DNA of 64,000 bases, from the NCBI GenBank assembly GCA_029953675.1, contig JAMWBK010000006.1, positions 186,001 through 250,000 on the forward strand, in the 5' to 3' direction. Each line of letters begins with the position of its first letter. Position 1 is the first letter of the stretch. The translations under genes were made by a program, and so were the position numbers. This stretch comes from Rhodosorus marinus CCMP1338 (lineage: Eukaryota > Plantae > Rhodophyta). This document shows positions 11,628-22,496 of the stretch, in pieces. Under the pieces are notes generated by a model. That model did not search any database and was not told where the DNA came from. It saw only the letters and a list, made by a program, of their open reading frames with translations.

Positions 11628-12696
11628 CATGTTCTAAATTACCACGACTACCCGAAGATGACGATGAATATAAGATTACCCTGGCCGACGGTTATCTCAC
11701 TGGTGACGCTTCCTATTGGTGGTCACTACTTCCCGACAGCCAGAGACCGTCGACATATGAAGGATTCGAGAATACGCTTAAAGCCCAGTTCTACCCAGCG
11801 GGCGCTAAGATCATTCACATTCCGTTTGTTCAGAGGCTAACTACCCTGAGAAGCGAGAGACAAGACGCAAAGATCCGTGCGAAACAGCAACTAGCACAGG
11901 CAGAGCAGAAAACGACTGTAGCAGCATATTCGTCGGCATATTTCAATAAATGCCTGATCCAGGTTGGAGAAATCTCGGACTCGGAGAAATTTGAGAAATT
12001 CGTCGAAGGCCTCAAACCGGACATCAAGATATACATACATATCCAAGACGTGCAGACCTTCGAAGCGGCGCAGGCCCCTGCTCTAAAAATCGAAGGCGCT
12101 GAGATGGCCAGCTACACATCGAGCATGAGAAACCATCAAGGTTCAAGTCAGCGGAAAACAGAAGCTGTGAAATCCGTGACGCCTCTTCCCCTCGTGAGCC
12201 GAGGAACCCGTTCCGGACGCCCGTACCAACCGACCAACCAGGAGATGAAATAGCGCAGCTACGCCAACCTTATCTGTAATTTTTGCGAGAAAAAGGGGCA
12301 TACCCAACGGATATGCTGGGACAACCCAGATCGGGATCCGACTGTTTCGAAATCGGCACCCACTAAAACACAGGAGTTAAACGAGGAGCAGCGGTAGGAA
12401 GCGCCGACACTGTTGCTGACAAAGGCGTTCGGGTTCCCTTCAGTGCAAACTTCACGGTCACAGGGTTCTTGAATGGGAAGAAGCAGGCCCTCCTGATCGA
12501 TGCCGGAAGGTAGCCATTCCGTCCTGCGCGGTATCCCCGACGCCACTCCAATAATCCCAACTCAACATGAGCGATTGGACACCACTGCCGCAGGAGCATC
12601 AATTGAGATTTTGGGAGAAGGGAACGTAACCTTACAGCTAGGTGATCACTACTTAGAGTGGCAGCCCTATATCGTAGAAGAAGCGATGAGATCAAT
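11531..12696 (+). pseudogene. gag (capsid, CCHC zinc knuckle) and N-terminal aspartic protease, oriented opposite to LTRs and pol; disrupted
   Basis: YDGRRDALLTSTFL, YLTGDASYWW and FVEGLKPDIK (retrotransposon gag). In-frame TAG at 12251-12253, then CNFCEKKGHTQRIC (CCHC). Overlapping-frame ALLIDAG with a 1-nt frameshift to SHSVLRG (protease). Truncated at the LTR edge, 12696. Confidence 0.9.
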
Positions 12697-12987
12697 TGAC
12701 ACGTTCTCCCCTAACGCGCGTGTCGGTGATCCAAAACAATTTTAAATTCCCTTTTTGTTTTTATCTTTTATCTATCTTGGATACCCTCCTCTAGCTCTAA
12801 TCCTGAGACAGAAGGTCGTAACTTCCGTATTTATAGGCTTCCAGTTCATGTCCTGGGTTTGCTAGACTACTATTATTAGATCTAGACTTATCTAGTATTA
12901 GCCAAATGTCAGCCATTTGGTTCGACTATTATTAGACCTGTTTTCGGCTACACGCCTGACGGCTGACTTGTTCGGTCAGGCGTAACA
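12697..12987 (-). repeat. 5' LTR of gypsy element
   Basis: Direct repeat of 9257-9547; followed on plus by the TSD TTGGT. Confidence 0.95.
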
Positions 12988-13159
12988 TTGGTCGAATTGC
13001 TCAAGCCGATGCTAGCCATTTTCTTAGTAAGAGCATAAAAACTAAAACCATCTAGATCTGCGGAGAGGACGTTTCTTTTCTGTTCTGGACAGGCTTTTGG
13101 AATATTATGGTCAACGTCTGTACATAAAAGGAGTATTCTAGGATCAACAAGGCCATGGA

Positions 13160-13310
13160 TATAGTATAAAACAGTATACAACAGTATAAAAACAGTATTA
13201 AAAGTATATAAAATTATTAAAATGTTACATTCGTTAAAATGTTAAAATTATTAATATTATTAAAATTATTAAAAGTGTAAAAAGTGTAAAAAGTGTAAAA
13301 AGTATAATAT
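13160..13310. repeat. AT-rich degenerate tandem repeat (~9-bp unit, AAAAGTGTA-like)
   Basis: acagtataca acagtataaa aacagtatta aaagtatata ... aaaagtgta aaaagtgta aaaagtgta aaaagtata. Confidence 0.8.
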
Positions 13311-14365
13311 TCTTGAAAGGGTACCGCATAAAATTGGAGTTCCCACCCTTTTCAAGTATTCTATGCTTAGCTCAGCGATCTTTGTGCGAGAACAAGCACT
13401 GGAGGTCTTAAAACAAAATGACTCCGACCATGTGTTCTTTCAACTATACTCTGGACGCTTTCAGTGCAGGAAGGAGTTCTTGGAGGACCGGTGAAGTAAA
13501 GAGTATCAGCGCGCACTGCGTGAACTCGGATCGTGATTTAACTGATGCGACGCGCGAAATGAATCAGAAGGGAGGAAATGTGCTGATGAGGATAATCAGA
13601 TGAGGTGATAGCGAACGATATCACTCTATGCGTCAGTTGAGAATCGATAGCTGATTCATACTTTCATCGACCACCGCCGCTGGAAGCTCATCCTCATCTT
13701 CGCGAAGGCAGCGTTGTTTCGTGTGTACTGAAGAAGCCATACTGTCTCGTCTGCATTCAGTGGATTGATACCCGTGAATGCGTAGAAAACGTTGAGCTAT
13801 GCTTTATTCAAGACACTATAGGAGAGTTCTAAGCTAGCCCACCATTTCAATCCCTGAACCGGGCCAGACATCTTCCACGCTTTCGATGGGCTTTTCAAAC
13901 AGATCTTCCAGGAGCTCATCCATGTCCGAATACGCATCGAATTATTGGCCCACGTGCGCAGTTCTGTTGTATATGTACACCTAGCTTTCTTCGATTAAGA
14001 CTTACGAACCGTGGACGAAAAAAATAGCTTGGCCCGCGCGGGCTCTGCACTTGCAATCATCTTTTTTAATATAAAGTCATACAGCACTGATCATGATCAT
14101 TTTGGAGCAAGACTCTGTAATTATGTCTGAAGTATAGCAAAATATCGGCGGTGGTTCTCAGCCACATTTTCGGGAATTGACGAAGATGGAGAGCTGTTGA
14201 GCAGCTGAAGCTGTTGGGATTTGATGAGTTGGTAGAAATCAGGTTTGCATTCTTCAGGTTGGTGGATTGCAGGAGGAGAGACAAATGTTGAGGAGGAGGA
14301 AGAGGTACTATAGTTCGGATCGTATGTAACTAGTAATCGTAGAGGAGGTTTGGATCATTCAGAAC

Positions 14366-15917
14366 ATGGAGAGGGGATGCGGATTCGCTATGAATCCTGG
14401 TTCGAGGATTCTCCGTCGGGCTGGGATGCAGGGCTTGCTGAGGACGAAACGAATGCGAGCAGAATTCGTTACGGTTTCAGCGATGTCATCTGATCCGTTG
14501 GTTCGTCCGAACATAGTTGTACTGGGAGGGGGATTCGGAGGGCTGTACACTACTCTTCACTTGATGAATATGCCCTGGAGCCGTCTCCAGAAGCCTAGAA
14601 TTACGCTGGTGGACCGCTCCGATCGATTTGTTTTCCTGCCACTTCTGTACGATCTACTTTCAGGTTCTGTGTCCACGTCGGAGATTGCACCATACTATGT
14701 AGAGCTCCTGCAAAATTCGGACGTAAGGTTCCAAATGGGAGCTATCACCAGCCTTGACCCAGATGCAAAGACCGTTCAGGTCGATGGAAAGGATGAGGAG
14801 TATAATATTGGATTTGATAGACTGGTAATAGCTACTGGAGCAGGACCGGTGCTGGATTCAATACCAGGAGCTGAGTACGCACATCCTTTCGCTAGCCATA
14901 TTTCTCCCAGTGCTGACCGTTTTCCACGACCCCATCGCTGATCCTTCAATAATTAATTGTGTTCGTTTTAGGGACCACGCCTTTGCGTTCTATGGCCTCG
15001 AGGACGCTTTCTTGGTGAAGGAAAGACTGCGAGGGCTACTTAGCTCGGAACTGAGTAGCATTAAGGTTGTGATTATCGGGGCAGGATTCAACGGCGTTGA
15101 GCTTTCGTCGACGATAGCTGACGTCCTGGGTGAGAGAGGATGTGTGACGTTGCTCTCAAGGGACGACGGAATCTTGAAAGACTCGAAACCCCACAATAGG
15201 ACAACTGCCGAGAAGTCGCTGAGAAGGCTCGGAGTGGATGTGGAAACCAAAGCTTCCGTAGATCGGATTGAGGAGGGCACTGTGTTCTTCAAAAGCGAAT
15301 CCTCTGAAGAGGAATCGATCCAAGCGGATTTGATCCTTTGTACGGCTGGCACGCGGACATCGAAGTTCCCTGGATTGAGCAAACTACCTCAGAACGGGAG
15401 AGGTCAACTCCAAACCACGAAGACCCTTCAGGTGAAGAAGTCGTCGGGAATATTTGCTCTCGGGGATATTGCCGCGAGCACTGATGTTTCATCGGCAACA
15501 CCCTCAAAGGCTACAGCGCAAACTGCACTCCAGCAAGCAGACTACGTAGCTTGGAATGTATACGCTTCCATCGCCGACGAACCTGCCCTGGCGTACAGAT
15601 ACCTTGACTTAGGAGAGATGATGTCCTTGGGTGACCACGACGCGACAATATCAGCTCTTGATTCGATAAATCTCTCCGGGAAGGCGGCAGTGGCTTTCAG
15701 AAGGTACGTGGGCATCTTCTCACCGTACAACACGTCTTCGATTCCTGACTCCGTCCCTTCCTCGCCTCCTCCGCAATTCACTACATGTAGAGCCGTTTAT
15801 CTTGCCCGAATGCCAACCGACTTGCACCGATTAAGGACCACTGCTTCTTTTGCGACCAGACCATTCGTTTCCAAGGCCAACCAGTCTCTGACAGAACTGC
15901 TTAGGGGAATTTCTTAG
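14366..15917 (+). CDS. NDC1: Type II NAD(P)H dehydrogenase, plastid NDC1/NdbB-like, 3 exons
   Basis: IVVLGGGFGGLY (FAD), DRSDRFVFLPLLYDLL, VVIIGAGFNGVELS (NADH), FALGDIA, ATAQTALQQA, YLDLGEMMSLG and RRAVYLARMPT. Introns 14875-14971 and 15704-15790. N-terminal transit-like peptide. Confidence 0.85.
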
Positions 15918-16739
15918 ACAACCCTCGCCAACTTCGTTTACCCTGACTTGGCATCAAATAAGCACTGTAAATACCCAACACAGTTACCCACAACCCACAG
16001 CATCGGGGCCGCGTATATCTTTACTCACGACCAGGAGGCCTGCCAAACACATCTCCTGAGGAGGAGCACTAACCGTTCTCATCGTCGTGTCCGGATAAGC
16101 TGAAAGGCTCCCATGAAACCCTAGGCTATTACCTCCTCAAAGAAAGCGAGCCCCAAATGTCGATATTAATCTCTTCTCGAACAAGGACCGTGACCTAGAG
16201 CGAAATGTAACCACTCCTTGTCGCTGGAGACCTAGTCGAGTTGGTGAATCCCGCTCTATTTCACGTTCCTGTGACTTAGAGGCGAACGATGCCTTGGCGT
16301 GAAGGTTCATAAAGTTCTACGAACTTTCACGCCGAGGCATCGTTCCATAATATATTGTCCCAAAAGTGGAATGCCCCTGTCCTGTCCCATATTATTCGTC
16401 CCATATTGGACCAGTTTATTTGCACTATTAGCATACGGGACATGGGACATTGGATATCAGGAAATTGGGACAGTTCATGGTCGTTGTGAGTAGTGGTGCT
16501 GTACAAGGCCGCCCTGTCCGTGATTCGATAGGGTTGCCGTGGTGGGGAGGGAGAGACAACATAGAAATTGCGCAGAAAGTGATGTATTGCGTACCTCTGG
16601 GTCGATACTGAGTATGCTGTAGTTTGACTTTGAAATTCCTCGCTTCGTAGCTTTGAGATTGTTTTCAGGGTCTGGTCGGTTGAATGAGTGAGGGGTAGGT
16701 TTACGACGTATTCGGGCAGTTCTGATCGCTTTGTCGAGG

Positions 16740-17474
16740 ATGGATTATTTTACTCAGACCGTTGATTCCTCGCTTTGGGCGTCTCGTGCGTTTGATGATG
16801 AGGGCTATGAAGGAGAGGAGTCTTTGGGGGAGCTGTGCGGAAGGCCGTTTGAACTGGAGGGTGTTAAGGGTACTTTGGATGAAGTCGAGAGTCTGTTGTT
16901 GTGCACGGATGGGGCGCCCACAGCGTTTGTGGACGCGGTTATCCCCCTTTCAGGAGTACCGGGCACTTATAAATCTAAAGGTGTTGATGAAGTTGCCTTG
17001 AGAATGTCCGGGAATTGCGCCATAATCAAGTTTGACAAGTCGCTGGCGTCTGAACGAGCGTTTCAGTTGTCAAAAGCCATCTTTGATACGCTCAAGCCAC
17101 AGAAAGTCCTCGTATTAACCGCAATGCCAAGCTGGAGGGCACAGGTACCAGACGATCCAGAAGTGCTCTACTTTCTGAAGAGTTCCAGCCATAATCTGAG
17201 CTCTATTGAACCCTTGGCGAAGGGTGGTGTGCTACCAGCACCTACACTTTTGGAAGGAATGGCGGCAGCTGTTCTCAACGAATGCCAGTTCCGAGCGGTT
17301 CCCGGTTGCGCGTTGATCGGCATGGATAGCTCGCTGCGACTCTCTGGCATCTCCTTGGCACGTTTCTTACCAGCTGTGAAGACCTTGCTAGGTCTGGACG
17401 TTAGAGACAACGTCGATTTTGCTGCTGCTGCTGAGGCGAACTTCAACCCAGTTAAAGGTAACATCTACATTTAA
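16740..17474 (+). CDS. PSMG1: Proteasome assembly chaperone 1 (PAC1/PSMG1)-like
   Basis: Acidic N-terminus (RAFDDEGYEGEE), IFDTLKPQKVLVL, and LPAPTLLEGMAAAVLNECQFRAVPG, resembling the PAC1 motif LE.PN...LPAAVLSYCQ. Confidence 0.7.
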   Translation: MDYFTQTVDSSLWASRAFDDEGYEGEESLGELCGRPFELEGVKGTLDEVESLLLCTDGAPTAFVDAVIPLSGVPGTYKSKGVDEVALRMSGNCAIIKFDKSLASERAFQLSKAIFDTLKPQKVLVLTAMPSWRAQVPDDPEVLYFLKSSSHNLSSIEPLAKGGVLPAPTLLEGMAAAVLNECQFRAVPGCALIGMDSSLRLSGISLARFLPAVKTLLGLDVRDNVDFAAAAEANFNPVKGNIYI

Positions 17475-17683
17475 GGATTTATTAAAGGGTCCAAACGCGC
17501 ATAAACGGAAGTTCCGCTTCCTATTACCCTTTTTGCCCATCTGTATTTGACATGGTCACACCCGTGCAGTTCTCCAGCTAAGATTGACAAGCGTGGCGGG
17601 ATCAGAAATTTCAACAACTATCGCTCTACTGGTCGTCCCCCTCAACGAACTTCCAGCTGCATTGATTGTAGAGTAGCTCCAAT

Positions 17684-18280
17684 CTACTTTTTCCCAAAAA
17701 TTCCAGCGAGGAAGCCACTCTTCTCTTCGGACTCTTCCGCCTGTCTTTCTTTCTCATACTGACCATATTGCATGTCATACGCATCATCAAACTCTTGCAT
17801 TTTAAGCTTGATACCATCAGATCTCGGGAAAGCAGAGCAAGTGAGCACATAACCAGACTCTTTGACTTCTTCTGCAAGAGCTGCTTCTCCTACATCAACC
17901 TTCCCGGCTTGGATCTTTGCGGCGCACTGCATTGAAACATAACGAAACTGCAGATTGAGAAAAAGCGAAAATGGAGAGCCACGGACAACGCTATTCACGC
18001 GAAAAGATCTATGGCAAATAAATATTTGTATTCGGGAAATCCAACTCACCGTCATACAAACTCCAGCCCTGCATGATGAATCCACTGTTAGTCCATAGTT
18101 CTCAATCGCCTCCAGGAAGGTCTCGTCACTCTTCACAGGAATAGTATAGTTCTCTCCATCAAGCTCAATTTCAACGTCATAAGACTTTGCGCGCACCACA
18201 CTGCGATTTCCAGATCTACTACAGATCTTCAGCCCCCTCCTACCCAAACCAGTCCCAGACACCCCAGCAACGAAAGCCAT
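17684..18280 (-). CDS. Plastid [2Fe-2S] ferredoxin with C-terminal extension (FdC2/Fed2-like), 2 exons
   Basis: Transit peptide MAFVAGVSG. SCRAGVCMT|CAAKI (intron 17927-18049) gives CxxxxCxxC; YVLTCSAFPRSD; acidic tail DDAYDMQYGQY as in FdC2-type ferredoxins. Confidence 0.85.
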   Translation of the reverse strand: MAFVAGVSGTGLGRRGLKICSRSGNRSVVRAKSYDVEIELDGENYTIPVKSDETFLEAIENYGLTVDSSCRAGVCMTVSWISRIQIFICHRSFRVNSVVRGSPFSLFLNLQFRYVSMQCAAKIQAGKVDVGEAALAEEVKESGYVLTCSAFPRSDGIKLKMQEFDDAYDMQYGQYEKERQAEESEEKSGFLAGIFGKK

Positions 18281-20494
18281 CTTTCTCTAAATTTACAAAA
18301 CCAAATAGGCTATATGCTATTACAAACCAAAAAGGGGGATCAAAACTTTACAGAAGACCTCTTCTAAACATGCACAAAATCCCCCAAAAACATACTCTCC
18401 AAAACCCACTGAGAATTCTCATCGACCCTGACCTGGACCCCATCTCCTTCGCTACCACCTTTGGCCGCTTCAAATATCACCACCACATGCGGAGTGGTTT
18501 CGTTTCGCACATCGAGATGGAAAAATCCTGTCAGAAATTTGCGAGGATTTCTACTACCCGTAGTCAATCGGATGTATATCTTAATTTTTAACTAATAAAG
18601 ACCAATATGGAAAATCGATGTTCCGCTAGGGGGGGGATTTTCGAACATCTCTATCGAGCTCACCGGCGGGATTAATAAAATGAATGTTTTATTTAGTTTT
18701 TCGAAGAAGTTCAATGTTGGTGTGATGAGATTGGTAAACGAATATTTTCCTCCAATTAAGGACTTGTTTGCAGATCTTAAAGGGCGGTTTATTGTGCACC
18801 ACGTGTCTTTACGATTTAGCCGTTCTAGTATGTTACGGACCCCGCGTGCCTTTTTGAGTCCAGTTCAGAGCTTGGGGTGAATTGGCAACTTGCTCTGGAA
18901 CTAGGACGAGAAGCCTGTGACTGAGTTGTTCGTTCTCTAGCAGAATCTCATAGCTTAGGATCGGTTCTTTATGTGTTTTACCTAGTACAACTGTTTCGCA
19001 GATCTGTAGCTTCCGGGTGTGATTGTCGGCGCTGGCATGCCCTGGATAGGTAGTTTCATTCTACTGGTTCACGTCCCAATCGGTAGTTTTCTGATGGTGC
19101 AGTGTGATCTTCGATACAAGGGCGGTGATATCGGGTGTCGCAACGAGTCCTGGCACGCACGTCCAGATGAACACTTCATGAAGCGGCCTTCCTATACAGT
19201 TGGGGATGCATGATTCCATCCTCATAGCAAGCCATGAATGACTTAGTTTTCAACATGCTTGATAAACAAGAACTCAAGTCTGGCGAGACGAAGGCGAGCG
19301 ATGCCCTCTCTCCCGCAAATGCTGGCAAGTGTCTCCAGCACTCGGACCACACGACGAAACACTCCTCCAATTTAGTCATGCCATCTTAAAAAAAAAATTT
19401 CTAGATCCTAGATCGTATACCCACATTCCAGGACCGAGATTATGAATCTATTGACAATTCTAATTGGTAGTACTGTTCCATAGGTATAGAAAGATATGTG
19501 ATACTAAACATCTCTCTAGTATGGTATAGTACGCTCTACGAACGGAATGCATCACGGTGGCACGGCGCAAGTCATATTCAAGAAAAAAAGGGAGAAAAAT
19601 CCGTTGCCCGAACTTTTTCTGGTTTCAGGATTGAAGCGTCGGCTTTTGAGGGATTGCTGGAACAGCGGATTTACGGGCTACATGATCTAGCGCTCGCTGC
19701 TACGGGGGATTCCGTCTATGGTGCCGGGGATTCATAGCCTCACCTACGTCACCAAAGAGTCCACACGTTGCTTGTTCTGCTCGCAGGATTCTTAGGTAGT
19801 CCATGTGTAGGTCCGCGGTTTCACTTTCGTTTGCGCACTGTCTCAGCGGCGCTGCTGGTGCTACCCTCGGTAGCTGACAGTAAACGTAGTTTTACTGAGA
19901 AGTAGAATATGGTTGAAACACTGCTTGGAGACCTTTTCATGCTCAGATTTGGCAGCATGTCCGTTTCTTTGCCATGCCTTGCAGATTGTCTTTCTTCAAT
20001 CGTGGGACGAACTGATGCCTACCAATTTTATCGTATGGTCGGGGACTTATAGTCAGCCACGCTGTGATTGATCCTCATCCTCTTCAATGAACTGCCCGTT
20101 TAGCGACCGCGCATAAGTGCTCTACGCTTCGCCTCAAAAACCACTGTCAATTTGCGGCAATCCGAATTGTGGGTTGGCTCCTAGGCGATGGGGAGTTGCC
20201 CAAAATCCGAGCTGCAGACGAAAGTCTCGAATGTGTTAATGTTTGGTTTCTTGGTTACAAGCTCGTGGAACTTGGTCCCCGGCCTCAAGAAGCGGGCGAC
20301 ATAATGAATAGCTTTGAAAGCCTTCGGTAGCGATCGGGTCCTCGTCGATACTAGTTAGCCTCGGCTACGTTATGTGCATGTGAACTTGCAAGAAATGAAA
20401 CACTTCGTGCAAAAGAACATTCAGTCTCGGCGTTGCGCACGTACGCCGGGCAGCGAAATAACAGAACGATTTCTACAATCCGCACATACCCCCA

Positions 20495-22253
20495 TCACCA
20501 ACCGGAAAAATCTCCAAACTTTGAAGAGCTCTTCTGCTGTAGCTTCGGTTTCTTCCGCTGTGGGATACCACCTATCTGCACATCGTCCACCTCACCGCCA
20601 CTTACTCTGCCAACATACTTTCCTACAACGTCAGTGCCCCCCTTCGCAGCCGCTTTTGCGTACATCTGATCCCTTTTTTTTTCCCTGCTGAGCTTTGCCT
20701 GCTTCCCCTCCTCCTCTCTTTGCTCCTTTTGTTTTGCCTTAACAGTCTCCGTAAACGGGTTAACGAGAACCTTTACGCTGTCAATGCGCACATCCTCCTT
20801 CGGTCTATCATCGTCATCAGTCGGTACCTTCTCTATCTGTTCCAAGGTCTTCACAGCACCAACCACTTGACCAAACACAGTATGTTTGCCATCCAAGTGA
20901 GGGGCTGAAGCATACGTGATAAAAAACTGGCTCGTGTTCGAATTGGGGCCTGAGTTCGCCATGGACAATATGCCTTTACCTTTGTGCTTCAAGGATCCTC
21001 TGATCTCATCCCCGAATGGGGAACCCCACAACGACTCACCACCTCGTCCGGTTCCAGTAGGATCTCCGCCTAGAGAGCAGGATTCAGTAATGGGTTCAGA
21101 CTCAGAAGCAGTTTTTGAATGGAAGAAGATGAAGGCAAGCTTTTTCGTACCTTGTAGCACAAACCTTGGAACGCTTCTATGGAAAAGCACTCCATTGTAC
21201 AATCCTTTTCCAGCCAAACCAAGAAAGTTCTCACATGTTCGAGGAGTTTGATCGCAGTGCAGCTCAACGTTAAGGGGGCCATGGTTCGTTACAATAGTGA
21301 CGTATCCTTTCTCCTTGACCTGTTTGTACCTTTCCTCTCGCATTTCATCTTCGGTAAGTGCTCTCAACTCGTTCTCGGTGACTGGATTGAGAGCGGTTGA
21401 CGTAAAACCCGCAGCTGCTCTTCCAGTGGTGTGGATGTTCGACTTTTTCCCAGAGTCAGTTTTCTCAGCAAACTTTCGCGTGCTTTCACTTGAGAGTTTC
21501 AGCTGACTGTTCTTTTCCACGAGCTCATGATTTTTTGACGCCTCATTGAGCGCTCTTGTCGCGGTGGAGTCGAGTCTAACAGAAGCCCCAGACTTCTTCC
21601 GCTCCTCCATCGCCCTCTGCCTAACCTTGGAATCCGCTATTCTCCTCAGACTAAGGTTGTTTTTATCCTAAACACCAGTCAAGGCCTCACCATCAGAAGT
21701 CAACACTTCCATTCTCTTGAACTGATTCTTTCTTGCACAGATTAGCTCATACCGCTAAGGTCAGGATGTCCTTCTTCACGAATGGTTCTCCAGTAAGGAG
21801 GTCCTTCATTGACCTAGTTTTCAAGTTCAGCTCTTTTACTGCATCGTATGAGTACACATTTCCGGTCGTCTTAACAGCAACGACGTGTGAATTCTTGTTG
21901 AAAGTTTTGAATAAAATCGGGCAATGAATCTCTCCTTCCGAATTTTTGTGGAACACCAGTTTGATGATGTCAGTCGTCGACAACGGTTCTCCGGATATTG
22001 GATGCACTCCATACTTCCTAACGTAAGGAAACACGTTGAGAAGCTCAAAAACCGTACCATCGGGTGTGCATACCGGGTTATCCCATGGCTGAAGGGATAA
22101 AGCACAGTGAGTGAGGGGTAGCTCAGCTGCCTTCGCTGCACTCAATGCCGCGCCCGTTTCACGCGAGCTTAGACCTCTCTTTCCGCCGTAAAGCTGCTCC
22201 TGCTCTGTCCGAGTCACGAACAGACGATCTTTGCTGTGTTGATTTTTCCCCAT
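20495..22253 (-). CDS. PPIL2: U-box/RING plus cyclophilin peptidyl-prolyl isomerase (PPIL2/Cyp60/CYP65), 3 exons
   Basis: MGKNQHSKDRLFVT; CALSLQPWDNPVCTPDGTVFE (U-box); CPILFKTF...VKTTGNVYS; cyclophilin FHRSVPRFVLQG|GDPTGTGRGGES, LSMANSGPNSNTSQFFIT, HLDGKHTVFGQV. Introns 21668-21752 and 21070-21150. Confidence 0.95.
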
Positions 22254-22496
22254 GTTCGAACAGAACCTCCCAAGTTCTCTCAATGCCCTTGCCCCTTCAT
22301 CTGCAAGCAACCTTACCCCTCTCCGAGACCAATAGTTTCAAATCTGAGGCGTGGGCATCACCCGCACAGCCCTCGGAAATTGATGGACTTGACAAGCAGC
22401 GCCCGCAGATCTTGTTCCAAGTCCCCTCAGTCTTCCATCCGACACCACAGCCAACGTTCCCACCACTGCACCAGTCTTATAACTAAGGCTACTGCT

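Larger units (their letters stand above)
9257..12987 (-). mobile_element. Ty3/gypsy (chromovirus-type) LTR retrotransposon, defective and internally rearranged
   Basis: Two direct 291-bp LTRs (TGTTAC...GTGTCA on minus) and a 5-bp TSD TTGGT on both flanks (9252-9256, 12988-12992). PPT-like AGTGCGGAGGAGT (9548-9560) and PBS-like TGGCGAGCC (11406-11414). RNase H tail, integrase and chromodomain lie on minus; gag and protease lie on plus. Confidence 0.95.

Noticed and set aside
15704-21150. Three stop-free, 3n-length introns (NDC1 87 nt, ferredoxin 123 nt, PPIL2 81 nt) as regulated intron retention
   Set aside because: About 2-3 such introns are expected by chance among roughly 30 introns of this length, and retention would interrupt conserved motifs (CxxC, QGGDP).
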